A stretch of 64,000 nucleotides of DNA, taken from Raillietiella orientalis (lineage: Eukaryota). Of this stretch, positions 1 through 11,185 are shown in pieces; within the stretch, counting starts at the first letter, position 1, and every line of letters begins with the position of its first letter. Under the pieces are notes generated by a model. The model searched no databases and had not been told where the DNA came from. It saw only the letters and a program-made list of their open reading frames with translations. Made by a program: the position numbers and the translations under genes. The stretch spans positions 372,001 through 436,000 of the forward strand of contig JAYWIR010000030.1 in assembly GCA_036172245.1 (NCBI GenBank), given 5' to 3'.

Positions 1-848
1 TGTTCGTTCCTATTTTCTTTTTCGTTTAGTTTTCAATCTGCGTGAGGACCTTGGAAATAGGAATACGAGTGCATTCCTTGTTTCTAAATGGGTGTTTCCA
101 TCCATGATAGTTCTACGTTTAAACAGCTACACTTTCGAGCCAAGTGCCTGGAACACGGAAAAATAACGTAATAAGCAGTCATCAGACCCGGGGTGACTGT
201 ACGCTAAAAACCAGGGGGCAAAAAGTACGGGGAGTGATTGTAAGTTTAGCTGTTCGAACGATTTGTCTTCATGATGCACACCAAGAAGAAAGAAGGTGGA
301 CATAAAGTTTCCGATTTCGATGCGTTGAACCCATGTTTTCAGTTATGGAAGTGTGTCGAGAGTTCACTTATTGATGCTATTTATGTTACCAGCTCCTCAG
401 CAGTTAGTATTGTATACGGCATCTATTAATGGCTTCATGCACGAGTGCTGCTTTTGTAATTCCGCATATTCATGTTACTTGGTTTAAATTCTGATATTAC
501 GGGGTGATTTTTTTCCAGCGTTTTGCTTGTTTCGTGTATGCCATTAACGTTTGTGAATCCGATTCATTATAACCTCATTCATGATGCAAAGTAATATGAA
601 ATGAACAGGCATTCAATACACTTGCACGTGCGTGTGGCATTGTAAATGATTCATTCTATTCAGTTGATTGTAATTTGTTTTAAATCTTTCAAAGGTGAAC
701 ATTCTCATGAAATGAAAATTATGGTATTTATAGTTACAATAAGTTTTGAAATAAAAAATTCAGAGATAGGTACTTAAGTACAGATGGATCACGTTTTTGA
801 TTAATACAGAATTATAAGTAAGGCTTCATCTTTTATAAAATTGTAAAG

Positions 849-3454
849 ATGATGACATTACTACCAAAAACTCATCACGAATTCGCAGATCCAGCATATT
901 GGGAAGAATTTTTTAAAAAACAACGGACCACATTTGAATGGTAAGGAAGAGAATCAGTAATCAAACTTCAACCACAACTTTAGTCGATGATATGTGATTT
1001 TTGTTTTCTTAAAGGAGGATTTTTATGATTGATTAGATGTTCCTAGCGATGCTTATTTATATAGTTTGTGAGATCAGAAAGCAGTTTCAGGATGAAAATG
1101 AAATTGTGTTTGTTTTTTGCAATTGTGAATCTTCTTTTTTAGGTATGGTAGTTATGAAAAATTTGCAAACCTTTTTGACAGATATATCAAAAAAAACGAT
1201 CCCATTCTTATTGTTGGTTGTGGAAATTCAAATCTCAGTCCAGAATTATATGATAACAGCTACAGGTATAGTTGTATTCCATCTAATGAAATGATTTAGG
1301 ATCTAAATAGGAACCAAGTAAATATAGACACTAGCAAAGTAGTTTTGAAACAGATGAAGAATAAGCATTCTAGAAAGCGACCACTTATGCAGTTCAAGCA
1401 AATGTCTTTAATGAACCTTGAATTTCCAGATGAAAGTTTTTCATGTGTTTTAGACAAGGGCACATTAGATGCCCTTTTTATTGAAAACTCTGAATGCAAC
1501 ATTGTGACTATTGAGAAGGCATTTTGCGTAAGAAAATAATGCATATTCCTTCTGTCTCTAAACTAGGTGCAGAATATTTCACGGGTTTTAACATTTGGTG
1601 GTCGATATATTTGTATATCCTTGCTGCAAAGGCATATTTTGATTAAACTGGTGAATTGGTTTCACTCAAATGGATTTATGATCCAGATTCACAGATGCAT
1701 AGAAGCTGAAGAATACAAGGAACTGAAACTACCAATTTTTATGGTAGTTGCAATGAAGCTGAAGCCAATTTCTGGATGTGTGCCTGTAAGTAGTATTGAA
1801 TTTACACTGTTTGCATCGTTTTCTAAGAAATCATTTGTACTCAGTAGTTCACTTTTAGCCACTTATTCTCAGTTTACAAGGGCAAATGGACAAAGTAGAT
1901 TCAGAGGAAATGTTGATAAATGGTGTGCTCTCTTTGCAACAATATGTCTGGATTACTAATCGGATTCAATCTGGTTCCTTCCATGGTGACAACATTTCTG
2001 TCAACTTATACAATCCCCATTGTGATTCTCCTCGGTACACATTTTACATGGAGGATGGAAATCAGAAACAGCTGAAAAGCTTTGCAGTTTTTATTGTTCC
2101 ACAAGGAAGGTAGGCATTTGCAGCAGTTTTGGGACTTGGAAATTGATTGCATGTAGCTATAAGCTCATAAGCTGATTCCTTTATTGTTGTATATCTTTTT
2201 TTTGACAGAGAAAATGAGTGGTTATACAAAAGTGCTGTTGGCCGACAGCAGCTCTGGAAAAGTGCTGGCTATGATCGGTTACTTGTGGTGCATCTGGACA
2301 GGAATCATTCTTATGCAGATTTGGATCAGGTCAAAACAGAGTTATCAAGCAAAGTTATGGATTTTGCACCTCGCACTCTTGATCATGCAACTGAAGTGGG
2401 GTATTAATATTTATGTGCAAGCCAAGAAAACATATACCTATTCAGGTGCCCTTTTTGTCATTAGATAACAATGTGGGCCAGCGTACCCAAGTTCACTCAG
2501 GTGATTCTGTCTATTCAGGCCCATATGTTGTTGAAGATGTGACAATCAGCACACAGATTGTCAGGCGTCTCATATTTTTAAATAATCCAAGGGTGATTCA
2601 GTCTGAAATCAAGTTATGTAAGTCTTTCTTACATAAGCATAGTATTATGTTCATTTTCAGCTGAAAAGCATTCATGCTTATGTAGTGATTATCATTGTTT
2701 AATGCTGGCAACTTTGGGTTTGATTGGTGTTGCATCGAATCGCCGTATTCTTCTCATTGGCTTGGGAGGAGGTTGTTTCCCTTCTTTTCTGCACCAGCAT
2801 CTTCCTCAGGTATGCTCCTTTTTACTTACTCTGGTTACCTCTTTGTTTCAGATCCATGTAGAAGTGGTTGAGATTGATGAAAAAATTGTAATGGTTGCTA
2901 AAGATTGGTTTTATTTTGTTCCTGAAAGTGACATAATTTTACATATTGCAGATGGAATTGACTTTGTACATCACTATCAAGGTAGTTCCCCCTTATAAAA
3001 TGATACTCTTGTTAAGTGTTATTTTTTAGGCATGCAATATGATGCTGTATATATTGATGCTGATAGCAAGGAGTTAACACAGGCAGTCACTTGTCCTCCT
3101 CCAGCATTTCTGGAGTCAGAATTGCTTGAACATTTGAGCAGAATTTTAACTCCCACTGGTATTTTGGTCGTTAATGCTGTCTGCAGAGATACAGAGCTGC
3201 TTACATCCACCATTGATCAGATAAAGGCAACGTTTCCGTTTTGCTTACAGCTTTCAGTGTCAGAAGATGTAAATCAAGTCATCTTAGCAATGAAAGCCAC
3301 ATCCTCAGCATTGAATGTGCTCAGTTGTCCAACAAAGCTTACTAGTTTTGAAAGGCATCTTACCAAAGTCTTAAAAAAAGAAAAAATATCCCCCGAAACT
3401 TTACAGCATGTTAAGGATGCGTTTGTGCAGTTTTCTGCAGCAAAGTTCAGATAA
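849..3454 (+). CDS. METTL13: eEF1A lysine and N-terminal methyltransferase (METTL13), 10 exons
   Basis: Spliced frame is continuous through GT-AG exons 849-940, 1143-1265, 1311-1527, 1573-1785, 1859-2109, 2209-2395, 2446-2617, 2661-2809, 2852-2981, 3030-3454. It gives MMTLLPKTHHEFADPAYWEEFFKK..FEWYG, LIVGCGNS, VLDKGTLDAL, GGRYICISL, FIVPQGRENEWL, VPFLSL, RRLIFL, LIGLGGG, VEIDE, DADSKE..CPPPAF. This is the two-methyltransferase-domain architecture of METTL13. Confidence 0.95.
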
Positions 3455-6114
3455 CATTTGTGTATTTTGATGAATGTACATATGTATACATCCATGATGT
3501 GCGTGTACTATGTTGGAAATAAAGCTATCTGCTGCATCCTTTACTCCTCTGTAGGATGAGGAATTTTGAAGAACTATTTCCTCAGAATTTTCAAGTGCAC
3601 ATCCATTTTTGTCGATTCCTGCTTGGGTTTGTCCAGAAAGTGCCCAGATCAAAAGTGTTTTTGAGGTGAACATCACGGTAGAATTTCCAATAACATTTGT
3701 CGACACACGTGCCCCATTTCAGGCTAGTGAAGTTCGCACTTCGCGTGAGACCCCGAATGTGCATGAAATGCCTTTGGAAATCAGGAAATTTAATTGTGAA
3801 TTACCAAGAGCTGCCAACTGAAACAAAAGGAGCAAAAACCTTTTTCAAAAAATACACGCAAATATATGGAAGCATAAAAGAAAAAATGCCCTACCGGAAG
3901 CTGGGCTCCGGGCCGTGCTGGTCATTTGTAAACAGCTAATTATGGGGAATAGCCAAATTTGAGAATAGACTGATGCACAATTATAGTGAAAGTACATATT
4001 CTAAACGAGAAACTCGATAGGATTCTTGTTGTGAACAAAGGTGATTAGGAAACATTTCCACTACACTACAGACATGGTCATTGGGGTCGTTGTCGCTACG
4101 TAGAGAGACTCGAAAAGTTGACAGGAAGAAACTTTGCTCAGTTCGAATCGATTGCATAAAGGCGACGGGCCGATTTGCAAGCAAATACAGGGTCGAATGG
4201 GTTCACGAAACTGGTACATATAAATTCCTTGCAGGTGCATGCTTTAGGAATGCCACGGCTAGCCATTGGTCAAAGCTTCAGGTGTGTTCGCAGAGTTTCA
4301 AAGTTCCGGAACAAATGTGTGAGAATTGTTCCTTTTCAGCTGAAAATCGAAGACACTGAAGTATTATCCTCTGTGTAGTTTTTAGCAGGGCTATTTTATA
4401 GTTTTTACGAACAAATTTTCCCATGAATATCTGCTGATGGCCATTGCATTACCGTTATTATCATCACTGTGCAATCAAAGAAACGCTGATCGTACACACA
4501 AGAAATAGCTCGATGGGATTCTGTGATTTTTATGTTTAAAGTTGAATAACATTTTGAGAAATGATCGCAAACAAAAGGTGGCCAAGAGGCAAGTCAGTAC
4601 ACATGTTCAGTGAAGAGATTTTTATTGTAATCACTACGTTAGTTCGGTCTTCATGGTATGTCGGGGGGAATTCTATCATCTTGAGGTCGTAGATAATGCG
4701 GGAGGAGTACGAGATTCTACAGACCAAGTTCCCCAAGAACAACAGATTGTTTCGCAATGGAGCAGATTGAAAAGTTGAAACAATGAAATACGGATGGACT
4801 TTTGGATGGAGTAGACATCTCTGTCAAAGTATCAGGATCCAGAGGAAAGGTTTCGTGTTTCATGGAGAAACAACTGGATCATTTTAAAACTCATTGGTTG
4901 AAGTTTGCCTATTGCATCTTAATTTTCCTACCCTATCCTAATTTTCCTACTACATTAGTGTTTCTCACTAGAGAAGGATTATCTTTGCCTAGATTTGCTG
5001 ATTCAAAAAGGAATGAAAATGCATCTCTGTCATGTACGAACGCATCCGTAGTAAAAAAAGAAAAATAGAAAATGAAAATAAACCAAGTTGTATGGAGACT
5101 TGACAGCGCAGCATTCTCGATTTCTGATTCAAGACATCCACGATCTTTAAAACGAAGTAGATTTGGTAGCACTGCATTGCTTTTTCCTTGAGAGAAGTAA
5201 GAAAAAATGAAAAAATTCTCCGAAGGTTTGCTTACCTTTGCTTTCCTGCGCTACCAAGTAAACTTAATTTTCTCTTACTCTGAATTTGTAAATTCTGAAA
5301 ATCATGATTGAATAAGAATTAGCATATTCTTTAACTAAACCGTCTTCGGATCCAGAATAAGGAGCGATTTCTTTCTTTTCGATTAGACTCGCATACGAAA
5401 TATCACTTCATATTCCTTCTTTGGGAAGCAACAAATTCCCTCACCCTATGAAAAGCATTTTCTTAGTAAAGTTGTATTCTGGGAATGAGCCGCTTGTTTA
5501 TTCCTGTAGCTACACTAATCCTAAACTTTCCTTCAAATTCTGCAAGAAACCTCAGCTCACTGAGGAAGTTCATGTGCATTTTTCAACTTATGTGTATGAT
5601 GCCTTGCAAACCGGTTCAATTCAAATGTAGGAAGCAAACAACAAAAAGTTCGTGAGGCCAAGAAAGATAAGTGAATTTTCTGGCAGTGAAATAAGTTACA
5701 TTGAAAAGAGAGAGAAAAGAAATTGCACGCAGGAAACTCAGTTAGCGGTATGGATATGTGCCGCGGGTAACCCTTCGGTGCTCGGTGATGCTATCCAGTG
5801 ATTTCCAAGGACTGTCTCGGAAAATTGGTTCTGTACTGACTGTGAAGCTTTCCGCCAATCCTTTGTGTAGAGTAATAAGAAACTTTCTTGCTTTATTATG
5901 CTGAAGAAATCATGTTGAATAATGAGTTGCAAAGTGAGTTTTTCGATGTTCTTGCGACCGCATAAATATTCGGTCACTCCAAAACACAAATCGAAAAGGC
6001 AGATTGAGTAACATAACGATCAGGTGTATTTGAACAGTTTATCATACGTACACAAGACTGACCGATTGATTGTCTAACAACTTGAACATTTTGGACATTT
6101 ATTTTAGACATACA

Positions 6115-6456
6115 TCAGCCAAATCTTAATGGATTTCCGTGTACTCTTTCACTACGATCTTTGAGTCTACCATGAAGAGGACGGCCCGTGAAAATTCCCA
6201 TCGGATCAAGCTTAGTGAAGACGAAAAATCCACGTTTATTTTCGGCATTCAGAACGTCTTCATCCACAGTCACATCATTTATGGAAGGGAGTTGGCTATC
6301 ATAGGGAAAATCTTTGAGATGGAAAGATTTGTGTTTGCTGTTTAGGTGCTTATGGAACTTTACTGTGCAGCGGAAAGAAGATGGCAGTTTACTTCCATAT
6401 CCTGTCAGCAGTATGATGACTGAAATGCTCAGCATGAGAACTGCACTGGGACTCAT
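6115..6456 (-). CDS. Putative RFamide (FMRFamide-like, -PLRFamide) neuropeptide precursor
   Basis: ORF from ATG at 6456: hydrophobic signal-like N-terminus (MSPSAVLMLSISVIILLTGYG), acidic spacer, dibasic KR site, then a peptide ending GNPLRF-G-stop (C-terminal Gly is the amide donor). An acceptor-like TTCATCAG lies 4 nt upstream of the ATG. Confidence 0.75.
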   Translation of the reverse strand: MSPSAVLMLSISVIILLTGYGSKLPSSFRCTVKFHKHLNSKHKSFHLKDFPYDSQLPSINDVTVDEDVLNAENKRGFFVFTKLDPMGIFTGRPLHGRLKDRSERVHGNPLRFG

Positions 6457-7469
6457 CTTTCTGATGAAATAAGAATAATTATTGGAATACATTTCTGCTG
6501 TTTTGCAGACACATAAACAAAGAATTGAAAAAAAATTCAGTGATTAACATTTGTGAACCGTTCCCCTAGAAATGATTTCTTTAATCTGTAAAAGCAAGCT
6601 GGTTTTCTACTTTGAATCAGAATCTTTGAGAATTTCTGAATTCTCAAAGATTTTGAAATACAGCCATTTACTTGAACTTACGTACGCAAGATTTTAGATA
6701 GATTTTGGAAGATTTAAAAGATGCCACCAGAGTTTGCAAATAGTGCTTTTCAGAGTATTATTCATGCAGAGGTTTGAGTAAAGTCGATCACACAATCAGT
6801 CGGCTGAAGCTTTGGCAAATTAGTGATTTCTCACGAAATAAGAAAAACCCAAACGTGAAATTTTTCTCTTTCATTCTGTCCCATGAGTTCTGATGAAATT
6901 TTGGAACGAATCTGCTTCTTTACAGTGAAGACAGACAGCAATGAAGAAAAAAGACGCTGCAAAAGCCTCTTCCGTAGAGGGTGTGAAACAGTCCACCGCC
7001 TAAGATCAGGGAGATTCCATCGAGAGCTCATGTTTGGGAATAGGAAAGGGAAGAAGGAAAGAGAAGACGCTACAGTGATCTGACGACGGCGAATCACGGA
7101 AATTCTTCCAAAAATGAAACTGGACCAAATCAGCGGGTAACGGAGCAGACTGGCCGAACAAAAAACACTCACTGCAGAGAAGAACGAGTGGATTCGATTT
7201 TTCCACAGTTCTTGGATCCAGAGATGGGTCTTGGACCGAGGATATAGGAGTCAGCTTTCATGATGCGAGATTTATAACTTATATACACACTGAACGAGAG
7301 CCTAATCCACCTCCTGCAAGCAAGCACACGAGAATTTCATGAATCAACGAATGGACCTGTCTTTATCTGGCAGGAAACGGATGCGTGCTTGCAAGTCACA
7401 CGGGCGAACTTGTGATCCAAGTTTACTTTTGTGGTACTCCCTACAAAAGGAGGAATCGTTTCGAGAAAA

Positions 7470-8126
7470 GCCCTCATTGGTGGCCATATGGTTACGGTCA
7501 CTGCGCGTGGTACCAAGCGTTGGGGATTCGAATACGCGGCAAGAATCGACGCCGAGATATGGGTGCGGCATGGGTTCCAGTTCCTTGGCCTCTATTCATT
7601 CGGGTGCACTGGTAGCGGTTCAAACCGGATGCACCCGAGGAGTGACCGGGATTGGGAGTCGACCTCCGGATCCTTCCAGGAATCAAGTAGTGGAAGTTCC
7701 TTTCCGTTTGTGCAAAGGAGCGGATCCACCCACCCCTACGGGGGGAACCCACCGTCTCGTAAGATGGAGTAGGTGTAGAACCTCTGCAGAGTGCAGAGAA
7801 GCGCGCCGCTCCCTTTGGGGGACGCCGTTCTGAGAAATTTCGGAAGCGTCCCTTCGGGGGGTTCTCTTCAGAGGAGGAAACAGCAGTGGTTCCCTTGCGG
7901 GCTCCCTCCGGAGGAGAAATTCCTGATAGGGGATCCTTTCCAGCTTCCCCTTTGGAGAAGAAAAATGGAGCGGTACCCCCGGAGGATCCCTACGGAGAAA
8001 ATATGGAAGGAGATTCCCTTCGGGGATCTCCTCCCCAGGCGTGAGAGGAACAGAGACTCCCTTCTTTGGAGCTCTTCCTAAATTCATAGGGTGGTCCTCG
8101 TTCGAGGTACCCCCTATCTTGAAGAA
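7470..8126. repeat. GC-rich dispersed repeat, copy 1 (homologous to 33990-34753, same orientation)
   Basis: Colinear anchors: GGAGTCGACCTCCGGATCCTTCCAGGAATCAAG (7655) vs GGAGTCGACCTTCGGGTCCTTCCAGGAATCAGG (34179); GGTTCCCTTGCGGGCTCCCTCCGGAGGAGA vs GGTTCCCTTGCAGGTTCCCTCCGGAGAAGA; CCCTATCTTGAAGAA ends both copies. Left boundary is approximate. Confidence 0.85.
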
Positions 8127-9149
8127 TTACGAACAAAAAAAGAAACAGCTCATCATTTTAGCTTTCGTGCACATCTCATTCATCGCTGTTCCTGGATAGT
8201 CCTATTCTTCTGTCAGATGTGCGAAAAAACTAGGGATTCCCCGGCACGTTGGTCTACCAGCCCTTTCTTCCTGAGACAATGTAAACGCTCACTTGTCTCA
8301 AGCCTCCGTAATATTTGGAGAGCTAAAATGGATCAGTTTGAAATCTGTATACGACTCTGTACCCGATGCTGCACCTTGTGAAGGGCGTTCCTGGAATTTT
8401 GCCTTCCAAATGAGGTACCAATTATTAATTCCAGGTTTTTTTTTTTCCTTCCTCGAGTTGCTTTTTCTCGTTGCGGTCCTGGCTCGCTTCCTCTCCTGCC
8501 ATCACAGATGAGATTGCGCATGCTAAGATGATGCAAGATCTCTTGCATTCGGACACGAAGTCTGATAAAGCAGAGGGGAAATTCACATAAGCGTTTCAGT
8601 CCCTCTACCACATCTTCCTTTTCCCTTGAGTAGATTGCGAAGAATCGTTGGGATTTTTCCCAAAGTAAATACTTTCACCAATGTAATAATTACGACGATT
8701 TTTCTATAGTAGCACTAAACTCGTTCACGGAGTAAAAGAATGAATAATTGTTAAGTGTGGATATGAGCATGACTGAATCGTATAGACGAGTGCATACAAG
8801 CTCACCAAATACGAAATGGAAGGTTGATAAAATATTAAATTTTTCCCATGAAGGAGCCCGTGTGTGCGTGTTGTTCTAGCGATAGGACTGAGAAAACTTT
8901 AATGTGCACGCAAAAATCAGAGGTCAATAGAAAATGCTGAAATAGTTCTGAGTTCCACGATATGTAAATGTTATGCATACGTATGTGAATAATTCAATGT
9001 GGACAAGCCCACATAACCTTAAATTCATTTCATCCTATAGCAAGAGAACAAACAACCGTCTGGTTTTGTTCTTGTTGTTCTGGCCTTGACGATGCTGTTT
9101 ACGAGACCTTGATTGCATCTGTTCGCTTTTAATAACCACTGTTTGAATG

Positions 9150-9440
9150 ATCTCCCATCCTATCTCTTCGAGGTTTCTTCGCTCCTATCAGTTGCTTTCC
9201 TAGCAAATCTTGATGCTCTTATTTTGCCTTCTCGATGTCTAAGTCTTTGTTGACCTCTCTGATAATCCTCTCTGATATTTTTCTCGCTATCCAGCAAAGA
9301 AGCACTGCAGTCGCTAAGAGCAGAGAATCGAATTTCAAACAGCACAGCCGAAGGAGGAAGTGTTTGTTAGAAAAGGAGGAAAGGGAGATACACAATCTGC
9401 TCCTAGGGCAGATTAAAAGACTCGAGTACTCTCTCTAGAG
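9150..9440 (-). mobile_element. Possible decayed non-LTR retrotransposon RT fragment
   Basis: Minus-strand translation LLATAVLLCWIARKISERIIREVNKDLD loosely follows the post-(F/Y)ADD region of LINE RTs; heavily degenerate. Confidence 0.3.
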
Positions 9441-9943
9441 AAAACAAGATTCAGTCGGTCTTCATCTACCATCTGAAGTCTTGTCCCGGCTCGGTTTTGA
9501 TATCTATCAACCTCTCGGTATTCGTGTTTTCTCGTCTAAACAAACTACAGTTCGAGCTAGAAGAGATGGAAATTCGCAGATCCACAAGTTTTCCGATTGA
9601 AGCTCCCATGTCTGCTGTGTGGTTGTACCATCTCTCGAAAGTCTCCCAGCCGTACAAGTGAAAGGTTCATCTACTGAGTCAACGTGGTTTTAACGCTCCA
9701 TGGAACAGTCTCAACTCACTTTCTTTTTTCTTTTTCTTTTATGGCAGACGTTCCCGGCTTGCAGGGATCCTAAACAGTCGTTGCTGGACGGACATCGGGT
9801 ATCTTTCCCAACGACGCAGATTTAGAGCAGAGGCAGCTCATGTCAATCAAAAATGCAAAAATCTCGAATCTCCAATTTCCTGATTGTATCGCGTAGGGAT
9901 TTCTGCCGACGTCAAGTCAACAGCGCAATCTATAACTTTTGTC

Positions 9944-9977
9944 ATTCATCATCATCACCACCACCACCACCATCATC
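9944..9977. repeat. (CAT/CAC)n microsatellite
   Basis: TTCATCATCATCACCACCACCACCACCATCATCA seen directly. Confidence 0.9.
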
Positions 9978-10469
9978 AGTTTTTCAAACTTCCCCATTCT
10001 GACCTCTTCGATTGGGAAAAAGTTGAGAGAATTCTCTCTAGGGGTACGGATCCTCGGCTCGCTGCGAAGAAAACATGGCACCTTTGTGATCTCAATGTTG
10101 CCAGTGCTTTCCATGTTCATACAGTTCACATCACGTTCCCATAACATCTGATTTGTGATCACAAACTGTTCCAGCAGCCCTAATTGTCTCTTCTCCATCT
10201 ACCGGCGAAAATGAAGAAATTTTGACTCGTTTCCTTCGATTGAAGTTTTTGAGGAACTTTTTTTTTAAAAATAAATATCAACTCGTTCAGAGAGAAACAA
10301 CTCATATATATATATATAATGTAGCCATTGTACTTCAAAGGCATCTTGCTGTTTCTGTAAAAATGGATATTTTGCGGAAGACTGCCATGCAGACAGAGAT
10401 CTAGCTCTCACCCCACCCCACCCCCAGTTTTATCAACCAAGCATGACACCCAGTAGCACGACACATCGA

Positions 10470-11170
10470 GCTCGCAGCATGAGCCAGGGAGGAAGAGAAT
10501 GGTTGCTTCTGAAGCATGCCCAGATTTTTTGACACCGCGTAACGAAGAACAGCCTCACTACAACAGAAATCGGAAGTCGCGTTTGTCCCGGGAACCGGCG
10601 AAGCATCATCTCCTCCGACTACTCGAGCTCTGCTTCAATTTGAGCACGGGTAACGGAACGTGCCGACCGTGCTCGAAGGTGAGGAGGGGTGTTCACGCCA
10701 CTTTCCTTCTTCACATGCCCTTAGTTTTCCTGATTCGGATTGGAGAATCCGAATGCAGGAACTCTCTCATGCTTCCCGAGGGAGGACCGTCGTCACATTC
10801 CGTTATGTAGATGCTGTCTGATTGGCAACGGTGCAATCTCCTCCGAATCTTCCTGATGAAAACCGGCTCCTTGATGCCTGGGTATTTCCTGGCAGACGCA
10901 TCGCTCCAGCTTTTTTCCCTTCGTGGTCACGTCACAAGATTCCTGATCTCGAACCAGCTCCGTGGTAATCCTGTTTTCTCTTCACTCTCAGAAGTCTGCT
11001 TCCGCCTCTCGCATACTCAAACGTCCTTCCTCATTAGTGGAATCCCACAGATCTTACAAGAGCACTTGAGAGACCTGGTCCATTCTGATGCGCCCCCATC
11101 CTGTCCTATCCCGCTATTAAACCATCGTGAAGAGAAAAACGGCTCAGTTTCCTATCTCCCGAAGAAGAGC
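10470..11170 (-). mobile_element. Decayed L1/Tx1-like RT segment
   Basis: Minus-strand pieces FNSGIGQDGGAS (resembles GVRQGCPLS) and KYPGI (resembles KYLGI) occur in the expected order; many stops and frameshifts. Confidence 0.4.
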
Positions 11171-11185
11171 CTCAGAGGAGGACGC

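Noticed and set aside
189..510. Three CGGGG(A)GTGA(C/T)T motifs resembling sub-terminal repeats of a DNA transposon
   Set aside because: No partner end or transposase is visible in the window; too little to call.
3591..3771. 59-codon minus-strand frame after an AG (HFMHIRGLTRSANF..KWMCT*), a possible last exon convergent with METTL13
   Set aside because: No recognisable homology, and I could not link it to an open upstream exon (all three frames stop after the candidate acceptor near 4339).
7825..7872. Hammerhead-ribozyme-like CTGAAGA...GAAA on the minus strand of the GC-rich repeat
   Set aside because: Stem II does not close properly, stems I and III are not evident, and the second copy has GTGAAGA with GAAGAG simply pairing to CTCTTC; a plain hairpin explains it better.
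9884..10144. Poly-His ORF
   Set aside because: It is the translation of a CAT/CAC microsatellite, with no other coding signal.
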